Assembly: GCA_964057225.1 (NCBI GenBank)
Contig: OZ059895.1
Location: forward strand, 10,416,001-10,480,000
DNA length: 64,000 nucleotides
Reading direction: 5' to 3'
Source: Auanema rhodensis
Taxonomy: Eukaryota > Animalia > Nematoda
Shown here: positions 52,901 to 64,000 of the stretch, one piece after another
How positions within the stretch are numbered: the first letter of the stretch is position 1
Layout of the letters: every line of letters starts with the position of its first letter
Notes under the pieces: model-generated
What the model was told of the DNA's origin: nothing
What the model saw: only the letters and a program-made list of their open reading frames with translations
Databases searched by the model: none
Program-made: the position numbers and the translations under genes

Positions 52901-54659
52901 CATGAAAAAATAAAAGTTTTAAAATGTTTATTTTTAGCCCTAGAAATACGTGCAACATCTTACTCAACTCAAAATCAACTGTTTGATAATATAAATTAGA
53001 TTTTGTGAGTATATATCCAAAGTGATCATGTTTTGCGGCGGGTTCAACTTGCTATTTCGTTTGATTTTTATGAAAAATTAAATATTCTAAAAATTTTATT
53101 TCTTGTCCTAGAAATACGTGCTACATCTCTTTAAACTAAGAATTAGTTGATTGAGAAGGCAAAACAAATTTTGTTAGCATATACTCATAGTAATCATGTT
53201 TTGCGGCGTGCTTAAGTTGCTATTTTGTTCAATTTTCATGAAAAAATAAAAATTTTTAAATGTTTATTTTTCGCCCTAGAAATACGTGCAACATCTTATT
53301 ATCTAAGAAAACTTGAAAATTAAATGATTGATAAAGTAAAACAGATTTTGTTAGCACAGAAACATATTAATCATATTTTAAGGCGGGCTCAAGTTGCTAT
53401 TTTGTTCGATTTTCATGAAAAAATAAAAATTTTAAAATGTTTATTTTTAGCCCTAGAAATACGTGCAATATCTTACTCAACTCAAAATCAACTGTTTGAT
53501 AATATAAATTAGGTTTTGTGAGCATATATCCATAGTAATCATGTTTTGCGGCGGTTTCAACTTGCTATTTCGTTTGATTTTTATGAAAAATTAAATATTC
53601 TAAAACTTTTATTTCTTGTCCTAGAAATACGTGCTACATCTCATTAAACTAAGAATTAGTTGATTGAGAAGGCAAAACAAATTTTGTGAGCATATACCCA
53701 TAGTAATCATGTTTTGCGGCGTGCTCAAGTTGCTATTTTGTTCGATTTTTATGAAAAATTAAATATTTTCAAATGTTTATTTTTCGCCCTAGAAATATGT
53801 GCAACATCTTATTATCTAAGAAAATTTGAAAATTAAATGATTGAAAAAGTAAAACAGATTTTGTTAGCACAGAAACATATTAATCATATTTTACGGCGGG
53901 CTCAAGTTGCTATTTTGTTCGATTTTCATGAAAAAATAAAAATTTTAAAATGTTTATTTTTAGCCCTAGAAATACGTGCAACATCTTACTCAACTCAAAA
54001 TCAACTGTTTGATAATATAAATTAGGTTTTGTGAGCATATATCCATAGTAATCATGTTTTGCGGCGGTTTCAACTTGCTATTTCGTTTGATTTTTATGAA
54101 AAATTAAATATTCTAAAACTTTTATTTCTTGTCCTAGAAATACGTGCTACATCTCATTAAACTAAGAATTAGTTGATTGAAAAGGCAAAACAAATTTTGT
54201 GAGCATATACCCATAGTAATCATGTTTTGCGGCGTGCTCAAGTTGCTATTTTGTTCGATTTTTATGAAAAATTAAATATTTTCAAATGTTTATTTTTCGC
54301 CCTAGAAATATGTGCAACATCTTATTCAACTCAAAATCAACTGTTTGATAATATAAATTAGGTTTTGTGAGCATATATCCATAGTAATCATGTTTTGCGG
54401 CGGGTTCAACTTGCTATTTCGTTTGATTTTTATGAAAAATTAAATATTTTAAAAATTTTATTTCTTGTCCTAGAAATACGTGCTACATCTCATTAAACTA
54501 AGAATTAGTTGATTGAGAAGGCAAAACAAATTTTGTTAGCACAGAACCATATTAATCATATTTTCCGGCGGGCTCAAGTTTCTATTTTGTTCGATTTTCA
54601 TGAAAAAATAAAAATTTTAAAATGTTTATTTTTAGCCCTAGAAATACGTGCAACATCTT

Positions 54660-57600
54660 ACTCAACTCAAAATCAACTGTTTGATAATATAAATTAGGTT
54701 TTGTGAGCATATATCCATAGTAATCATGTTTTGCGGCGGTTTCAACTTGCTATTTCGTTTGATTTTTATGAAAAATTAAATATTCTAAAACTTTTATTTC
54801 TTGTCCTAGAAATACGTGCTACATCTCATTAAACTAAGAATTAGTTGATTGAAAAGGCAAAACAAATTTTGTGAGCATATACCCATAGTAATCATGTTTT
54901 GCGGCGTGCTCAAGTTGCTATTTTGTTCGATTTTTATGAAAAATTAAATATTTTCAAATGTTTATTTTTCGCCCTAGAAATATGTGCAACATCTTATTAT
55001 CTAAGAAAATTTGAAAATTAAATGATTGAAAAAGTAAAACAGATTTTGTTAGCACAGAAACATATTAATCATATTTTACGGCGGGCTCAAGTTGCTATTT
55101 TGTTCGATTTTCATGAAAAAATAAAAATTTTAAAATGTTTATTTTTAGCCCTAGAAATACGTGCAACATCTTATTCAACTCAAAATCAACTGTTTGATAA
55201 TATAAATTAGGTTTTGTGAGCATATATCCATAGTAATCATGTTTTGCGGCGGGTTCAACTTGCTATTTCGTTTGATTTTTATGAAAAATTAAATATTTTA
55301 AAAATTTTATTTCTTGTCCTAGAAATACGTGCTACATCTCATTAAACTAAGAATTAGTTGATTGAGAAGGCAAAACAAATTTTGTTAGCACAGAACCATA
55401 TTAATCATATTTTCCGGCGGGCTCAAGTTTCTATTTTGTTCGATTTTCATGAAAAAATAAAAGTTTTAAAATGTTTATTTTTAGCCCTAGAAATACGTGC
55501 AACATCTTATTATCTGAGAAAATTTGAAAATTAAATGATTGAAAAAGTAAAACAGATTTTGTTAGCACAGAAACATATTAATCATATTTTAATTTAAGGC
55601 GGGCTCAAGTTGCTATTTTGTTCGATTTTCATGAAAAAATAAAAATTTTAAAATGTTTATTTTTAGCCCTAGAAATACGTGCAACATCTTACTCAACTCA
55701 AAATCAACTGTTTGATAATATAAATTAGGTTTTGTGAGCATATATCCATAGTAATCATGTTTTGCGGCGGTTTCAACTTGCTATTTTGTTTGATTTTTAT
55801 GAAAAATTAAATATTCTAAAACTTTTATTTCTTGTCCTAGAAATACGTGCTACATCTCATTAAACTAAGAATTAGTTGATTGAAAAGGCAAAACAAATTT
55901 TGTGAGCATATACCCATAGTAATCATGTTTTGCGGCGTGCTCAAGTTGCTATTTTGTTCGATTTTTATGAAAAATTAAATATTTTCAAATGTTTATTTTT
56001 AGCCCTAGAAATATGTGCAACATCTTATTATCTAAGAAAATTTGAAAATTAAATGATTGAAAAAGTAAAACAGATTTTGTTAGCACAGAAACATATTAAT
56101 CATATTTTACGGCGGGCTCAAGTTGCTATTTTGTTCGATTTTCATGAAAAAATAAAAATTTTAAAATGTTTATTTTTAGCCCTAGAAATACGTGCAACAT
56201 CTTATTCAACTCAAAATCAACTGTTTGATAATATAAATTAGGTTTTGTGAGCATATATCCATAGTAATCATGTTTTGCGGCGGGTTCAACTTGCTATTTC
56301 GTTTGATTTTTATGAAAAATTAAATATTTTAAAAATTTTATTTCTTGTCCTAGAAATACGTGCTACATCTCATTAAACTAAGAATTAGTTGATTGAGAAG
56401 GCAAAACAAATTTTGTTAGCACAGAACCATATTAATCATATTTTCCGGCGGGCTCAAGTTTCTATTTTGTTCGATTTTCATGAAAAAATAAAAGTTTTAA
56501 AATGTTTATTTTTAGCCCTAGAAATACGTGCAACATCTTATTATCTGAGAAAATTTGAAAATTAAATGATTGAAAAAGTAAAACAGATTTTGTTAGCACA
56601 GAAACATATTAATCATATTTTAATTTAAGGCGGGCTCAAGTTGCTATTTTGTTCGATTTTCATGAAAAAATAAAAATTTTAAAATGTTTATTTTTAGCCC
56701 TAGAAATACGTGCAACATCTTACTCAACTCAAAATCAACTGTTTGATAATATAAATTAGGTTTTGTGAGCATATATCCATAGTAATCATGTTTTGCGGCG
56801 GTTTCAACTTGCTATTTCGTTTGATTTTTATGAAAAATTAAATATTCTAAAACTTTTATTTCTTGTCCTAGAAATACGTGCTACATCTCATTAAACTAAG
56901 AATTAGTTGATTGAAAAGGCAAAACAAATTTTGTGAGCATATACCCATAGTAATCATGTTTTGCGGCGTGCTCAAGTTGCTATTTTGTTCGATTTTTATG
57001 AAAAATTAAATATTTTCAAATGTTTATTTTTCGCCCTAGAAATATGTGCAACATCTTATTATCTAAGAAAATTTGAAAATTAAATGATTGAAAAAGTAAA
57101 ACAGATTTTGTTAGCACAGAAACATATTAATCATATTTTACGGCGGGCTCAAGTTGCTATTTTGTTCGATTTTCATGAAAAAATAAAAATTTTAAAATGT
57201 TTATTTTTAGCCCTAGAAATACGTGCAACATCTTATTCAACTCAAAATCAACTGTTTGATAATATAAATAAGGTTTTGTGAGCATATATCCATAGTAATC
57301 ATGTTTTGCGGCGGGTTCAACTTGCTATTTCGTTTGATTTTTATGAAAAATTAAATATTTTAAAAATTTTATTTCTTGTCCTAGAAATACGTGCTACATC
57401 TCATTAAACTAAGAATTAGTTGATTGAGAAGGCAAAACAAATTTTGTTAGCACAGAACCATATTAATCATATTTTCCGGCGGGCTCAAGTTTCTATTTTG
57501 TTCGATTTTTATGAAAAATTAAATATTTTCAAATGTTTATTTTTAGCCCTAGAAATACGTGCAACATCTTATTATCTGAGAAAATTTGAGAATTAAATGA

Positions 57601-58190
57601 TTGAAAAAGTAAAACAGATTTTGTTAGCACAGAAACATATTAATCATATTTTAATTTAAGGCGGGCTCAAGTTGCTATTTTGTTCGATTTTCATGAAAAA
57701 ATAAAAATTTTAAAATGTTTATTTTTAGCCCTAGAAATACGTGCAACATCTTACTCAACTCAAAATCAACTGTTTGATAATATAAATTAGGTTTTGTGAG
57801 CATATATCCATAGTAATCATGTTTTGCGGCGGTTTCAACTTGCTATTTCGTTTGATTTTTATGAAAAATTAAATATTCTAAAACTTTTATTTCTTGTCCT
57901 AGAAATACGTGCTACATCTCATTAAACTAAGAATTAGTTGATTGAAAAGGCAAAACAAATTTTGTGAGCATATACCCATAGTAATCATGTTTTGCGGCGT
58001 GCTCAAGTTGCTATTTTGTTCGATTTTTATGAAAAATTAAATATTTTCAAATGTTTATTTTTCGCCCTAGAAATATGTGCAACATCTTATTATCTAAGAA
58101 AATTTGAAAATTAAATGATTGAAAAAGTAAAACAGATTTTGTTAGCACAGAAACATATTAATCATATTTTACGGCGGGCTCAAGTTGCTA
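54660..58190 (+). repeat. 1031-bp hexamer higher-order repeat (Z-X-Y-Z*-X-W), over 3 tandem copies, continuing imperfectly to the window end
   Basis: ORF starts 55022, 56053, 57084, 58115 are each 1031 apart, and 62587 to the ATG at 63618 is also 1031. 177+168+168+182+168+168 = 1031. Confidence 0.9.
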
Positions 58191-61100
58191 TTTTGTTCGA
58201 TTTTTATGAAAAATTGAAAATTTTAAAATGTTTATTTTTAGCCCTAGAAATACGTGCAACATCTTATTCAACTCAAAATCAACTGTTTGATAATATAAAT
58301 TAGGTTTTGTGAGCATATATCCATAGTAATCATGTTTTGCGGCGGGTTCAACTTGCTATTTCGTTTGATTTTTATGAAAAATTAAATATTTTAAAAATTT
58401 TATTTCTTGTCCTAGAAATACGTGCTACATCTCATTAAACTAAGAATTAGTTGATTGAGAAGGCAAAACAAATTTTGTTAGCACAGAACCATATTAATCA
58501 TATTTTCCGGCGGGCTCAAGTTTCTATTTTGTTCGATTTTCATGAAAAAATAAAAATTTTAAAATGTTTATTTTTAGCCCTAGAAATACGTGCAACATCT
58601 TACTCAACTCAAAATCAACTGTTTGATAATATAAATTAGGTTTTGTGAGCATATATCCATAGTAATCATGTTTTGCGGCGGTTTCAACTTGCTATTTCGT
58701 TTGATTTTTATGAAAAATTAAATATTCTAAAACTTTTATTTCTTGTCCTAGAAATACGTGCTACATCTCATTAAGCTAAGAATTAGTTGATTGAAAAGGC
58801 AAAACAAATTTTGTGAGCATATACCCATAGTAATCATGTTTTGCGGCGTGCTCAAGTTGCTATTTTGTTCGATTTTTATGAAAAATTAAATATTTTCAAA
58901 TGTTTATTTTTCGCCCTAGAAATATGTGCAACATCTTATTATCTAAGAAAATTTGAAAATTAAATGATTGAAAAAGTAAAACAGATTTTGTTAGCACAGA
59001 AACATATTAATCATATTTTACGGCGGGCTCAAGTTGCTATTTTGTTCGATTTTCATGAAAAAATAAAAATTTTAAAATGTTTATTTTTAGCCCTAGAAAT
59101 ACGTGCAACATCTTATTATCTGAGAAAATTTGAAAATTAAATGATTGAAAAAGTAAAACAGATTTTGTTAGCACAGAAACATATTAATCATATTTTAATT
59201 TAAGGCGGGCTCAAGTTGCTATTTTGTTCGATTTTCATGAAAAAATAAAAATTTTAAAATGTTTATTTTTAGCCCTAGAAATACGTGCAACATCTTACTC
59301 AACTCAAAATCAACTGTTTGATAATATAAATTAGGTTTTGTGAGCATATATCCATAGTAATCATGTTTTGCGGCGGTTTCAACTTGCTATTTTGTTTGAT
59401 TTTTATGAAAAATTAAATATTCTAAAACTTTTATTTCTTGTCCTAGAAATACGTGCTACATCTCATTAAACTAAGAATTAGTTGATTGAAAAGGCAAAAC
59501 AAATTTTGTGAGCATATACCCATAGTAATCATGTTTTGCGGCGTGCTCAAGTTGCTATTTTGTTCGATTTTTATGAAAAATTAAATATTTTCAAATGTTT
59601 ATTTTTAGCCCTAGAAATACGTGCAAAATCTTATTCAACTCAAAATCAACTGTTTGATAATATAAATTAGGTTTTGTGAGCATATATCCATAGTAATCAT
59701 GTTTTGCGGCGGGTTCAACTTGCTATTTCGTTTGATTTTTATGAAAAATTAAATATTTTAAAAATTTTATTTCTTGTCCTAGAAATACGTGCTACATCTC
59801 ATTAAACTAAGAATTAGTTGATTGAGAAGGCAAAACAAATTTTGTTAGCACAGAACCATATTAATCATATTTTCCGGCGGGCTCAAGTTTCTATTTTGTT
59901 CGATTTTCATGAAAAAATAAAAGTTTTAAAATGTTTATTTTTAGCCCTAGAAATACGTGCAACATCTTATTATCTGAGAAAATTTGAAAATTAAATGATT
60001 GAAAAAGTAAAACAGATTTTGTTAGCACAGAAACATATTAATCATATTTTAATTTAAGGCGGGCTCAAGTTGCTATTTTGTTCGATTTTCATGAGAAAAT
60101 AAAAATTTTAAAATGTTTATTTTTAGCCCTAGAAATACGTGCAACATCTTACTCAACTCAAAATCAACTGTTTGATAATATAAATTAGGTTTTGTGAGCA
60201 TATATCCATAGCAATCATGTTTTGCGGCGGGTTCAACTTGCTATTTCGTTTGATTTTTATGAAAAATTAAATATTCTAAAACTTTTATTTCTTGTCCTAG
60301 AAATACGTGCTACATCTCATTAAACTAAGAATTAGTTGATTGAGAAGGCAAAACAAATTTTGTTAGCACAGAACCATATTAATCATATTTTCCGGCGGGC
60401 TCAAGTTGCTATTTTGTTCGATTTTTATGAAAAAATAAAAATTTTAAATTGTTTATTTTTAGCCCTAGAAATACGTGCAACATCTTATTATCTAAGAAAA
60501 TTTGAAAATTAAATAATTGAAAAAGTAAAACAGATTTTGTTAGCACAGAAACATATTGATCATATTTTAAGGCGGGCTCAAGTTGCTATTTTGTTCGATT
60601 TTAATGAAAAAATAAAAATTTTAAAATGTTTATTTTTAGCCCTAGAAATACGTGCAACATCTTACTCAACTCAAAATCAACTGTTTGATAATATAAATTA
60701 GGTTTTGTGAGCATATATCCATAGTAATCATGTTTTGCGGCGGTTTCAACTTGCTATTTCGTTTGATTTTTATGAAAAATTAAATATTTTCAAATGTTTA
60801 TTTTTCGCCCTAGAAATACGTGCAACATCTTATTATCTAAGAAAATTTGAAAATTAAATGATTGATAAAGTAAAACAGATTTTCTTAGCACAGAAACATA
60901 TTGATCATATTTTAAGGCGGGCTCAAGTTGCTATTTTGTTCGATTTTAATGAAAAAATAAAAATTTTAAAATGTTTATTTTTAGCCCTAGAAATACGTGC
61001 AACATCTTACTCAACTCAAAATCAACTGTTTGATAATATAAATTAGGTTTTGTGAGCATATATCCATAGTAATCATGTTTTGCGGCGGTTTCAACTTGCT

Positions 61101-64000
61101 ATTTCGTTTGATTTTTATGAAAAATTAAATATTCTTAAAATTTTATTTCTTGTCCTAGAAATACGTGCTACATCTCTTTAAACTAAGAATTAGTTGATTG
61201 AAAAGGCAAAACAAATTTTGTGAGCATATACCCATAGTAATCATGTTTTGCGGCGTGCTCAAGTTGCTATTTTGTTCGATTTTTATGAAAAATTAAATAT
61301 TTTCAAATGTTAATTTTTCGCCCTAGAAATACGTGTAACATCTTATTATCTAAGAAAATTTGAAAATTAAATGATTGAAAAAGTAAAACAGATTTTGTTA
61401 GCACAGAAACATATTAATCATATTTTACGGCGGGCTCAAGTTGCTATTTTGTTCGATTTTTATGAAAAATTGAAAATTTTAAAATGTTTATTTTTAGCCC
61501 TAGAAATACGTGCAACATCTTATTCAACTCAAAATCAACTGTTTGATAATATAAATTAGGTTTTGTGAGCATATATCCATAGTAATCATGTTTTGCGGCG
61601 GTTTCAACTTGCTATTTCGTTTGACTATTTCGTTTGATTTTTATGAAAAATTAAATATTCTAAAAATTTTATTTCTTGTCCTAGAAATACGTGCTACATC
61701 TCTTTAAACTAAGAATTAGTTGATTGAGAAGGCAAAACAAATTTTGTTAGCACAGAACCATATTAATCATATTTTCCGGCGGGCTTAAGTTGCTATTTTG
61801 TTCAATTTTCATGAAAAAATAAAAATTTTTAAATGTTTATTTTTCGCCCTAGAAATACGTGCAACATCTTATTATCTAAGAAAACTTGAAAATTAAATGA
61901 TTGATAAAGTAAAACAGATTTTGTTAGCACAGAAACATATTAATCATATTTTAAGGCGGGCTCAAGTTGCTATTTTGTTCGATTTTCATGAAAAAATAAA
62001 AGTTTTAAAATGTTTATTTTTAGCCCTAGAAATACGTGCAACATCTTATTATCTAAGAAAATTTGAAAATTAAATAATTGAAAAAGTAAAACAGATTTTC
62101 TCAGCACAGAAACATATTAATCATATTTTAAGGCGGGCTAAAGTTGCTATTTTGTTCGATTTTCATGAAAAAATAAAAATTTTAAAATGTTTATTTTTAG
62201 CCCTAGAAATACGTGCAACATCTTACTCAACTCAAAATCAACTGTTTGATAATATAAATTAGGGTTTGTGAGCATATATCCATAGTAATCATGTTTTGCG
62301 GCGGTTTCAACTTGCTATTTCGTTTGATTTTTATGAAAAATTAAATATTCTAAAACTTTTATTTCTTGTCCTAGAAATACGTGCTACATCTCATTAAACT
62401 AAGAATTAGTTGATTGAAAAGGCAAAACAAATTTTGTGAGCATATACCCATAGTAATCATGTTTTGCGGCGTGCTCAAGTTGCTATTTTGTTCGATTTTT
62501 ATGAAAAATTAAATATTTTCAAATGTTTATTTTTTGCCCTAGAAATATGTGCAACATCTTATTATCTAAGAAAATTTGAAAATTAAATGATTGAAAAAGT
62601 AAAACAGATTTTGTTAGCACAGAAACATATTGATCATATTTTACGGCGGGCTCAAGTTGCTATTTTGTTCGATTTTCATGAAAAAATAAAAATTTTAAAA
62701 TGTTTATTTTCAGCCCTAGAAATACGTGCAACATCTTATTCAACTCAAAATCAACTGTTTGATAATATAAATTAGGTTTTGTGAGCATATATCCATAGTA
62801 ATCATGTTTTGCGGCGGGTTCAACTTGCTATTTCGTTTGTTTTTTATGAAAAATTAAATATTTTAAAAATTTTATTTCTTGTCCTAGAAATACGTGCTAC
62901 ATCTCATTAAACTAAGAATTAGTTGATTGAGAAGGCAAAACAAATTTTGTTAGCACAGAACCATATTAATCATATTTTCCGGCGGGCTCAAGTTTCTATT
63001 TTGTTCGATTTTCATGAAAAAATAAAAGTTTTAAAATGTTTATTTTTAGCCCTAGAAATACGTGCAACATCTTATTATCTGAGAAAATTTGAAAATTAAA
63101 TGATTGAAAAAGTAAAACAGATTTTGTTAGCACAGAAACATATTAATCATATTTTAATTTAAGGCGGGCTCAAGTTGCTATTTTGTTCGATTTTCATGAA
63201 AAAATAAAAATTTTAAAATGTTTATTTTTAGCCCTAGAAATAAGTGCAACATCTTACTCAACTCAAAATCAACTGTTTGATAATATAAATTAGGTTTTGT
63301 GAGCATATATCCATAGTAATCATGTTTTGCGGCGGTTTCAACTTGCTATTTTGTTTGATTTTTATAAAAAATTAAATATTCTAAAACTTTTATTTCTTGT
63401 CCTAGAAATACGTGCTACATCTCATTAAACTAAGAATTAGTTGATTGAAAAGGCAAAACAAATTTTGTGAGCATATACCCATAGTAATCATGTTTTGCGG
63501 CGTGCTCAAGTTGCTATTTTGTTCGATTTTTATGAAAAATTAAATATTTTCAAATGTTTATTTTTCGCCCTAGAAATACGTGCAACATCTTATTATCTAA
63601 GAAAATTTGAAAATTAAATGATTGAAAAAATAAAACAGATTTTGTTAGCACAGAAACATATTAATCATATTTTACGGCGGGCTCAAGTTGCTATTTTGTT
63701 CGATTTTTATGAAAAATTGAAAATTTTAAAATGTTTATTTTTAGCCCTAGAATGACGTGCAAAATCTTATTCAACTCAAAATCAACTGTTTGATAATATA
63801 AATTAGGTTTTGTGAGCATATATCCATAGTAATCATGTTTTGCGGCGGGTTCAACTTGCTATTTCGTTTGATTTTTATGAAAAATTAAATATTTTAAAAA
63901 TTTTATTTCTTGTCCTAGAAATACGTGCTACATCTCATTAAACTAAGAATTAGTTGATTGAGAAGGCAAAACAAATTTTGTTAGCACAGAACCATATTAA

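Larger units (their letters stand above)
1217..64000 (+). repeat. Satellite DNA array of 168/168/177-bp monomers (X, Y, Z) with variable higher-order organisation; candidate centromeric or pericentromeric satellite
   Basis: The CTAG/CTTG anchor recurs at 1911, 2079, 2247, 2424 (168, 168, 177). Spacings of the repeat-derived ORFs are sums of these (336, 513, 690, 849, 1026). No non-satellite interruption seen; the array runs off the window end. Confidence 0.99.

Noticed and set aside
360-62775. About 60 near-identical 62-70 aa ORFs (MIEKVKQILLAQKH...) as a tandem gene family
   Set aside because: They are chance open frames across Y/Z-to-X monomer junctions. Many begin at TTG, equivalent copies freely carry stops (GCTTAA) and frameshifts, and the K/I/F/L/N-rich composition simply reflects AT-rich DNA.
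1217-64000. CRISPR array
   Set aside because: There are no unique spacers; the entire 168-177 bp unit is repeated, and no cas genes or leader are present.
1217-64000. Tandem RNA gene cluster (5S rRNA, tRNA, spliced leader, snRNA) or rDNA spacer
   Set aside because: No recognisable RNA gene sequence or Pol III A/B/C boxes, and GC content is too low.
1-64000. Assignment to a named satellite family or species (e.g. nematode or beetle ~170-bp satellites)
   Set aside because: Monomer size and short AT-rich introns are compatible with an invertebrate, but I do not recognise the sequence; a database search is required.
1217-64000. Telomeric repeat or G-quadruplex array
   Set aside because: No short telomere-type repeats; each monomer has a single short G-run cluster, too little for a canonical G4.

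Overview
Almost the whole window (~1217-64000) is a single AT-rich (~25% GC by hand count of one monomer) eukaryotic-type tandem satellite array of roughly 365-370 nucleosome-sized monomers. The monomers fall into related types, counted from the shared motif CCTAGAAATACGTGC: X (168 bp), Y (168 bp), Z (177 bp), a hybrid W (168 bp) and Z* (182 bp, 5-bp insertion). They are strung into variable higher-order repeats (336, 513, 690, 1031, 1203 bp), kb-scale duplications (1025, 1362, 2388, 2574 bp offsets) and an apparent ~18-23 kb macro-duplication. The first 1.2 kb is the array edge: a possible transposon/LTR end (1-291), diverged monomers in the opposite orientation, a 423-bp non-satellite insert resembling a degraded intron-containing gene fragment, and a fold-back junction at ~1217 where the satellite flips orientation. 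The ~60 short ORFs are by-products of the repeat. I found no credible intact gene, RNA gene or CRISPR array. A centromeric or pericentromeric role is plausible but is inference; the organism cannot be identified from this sequence alone.
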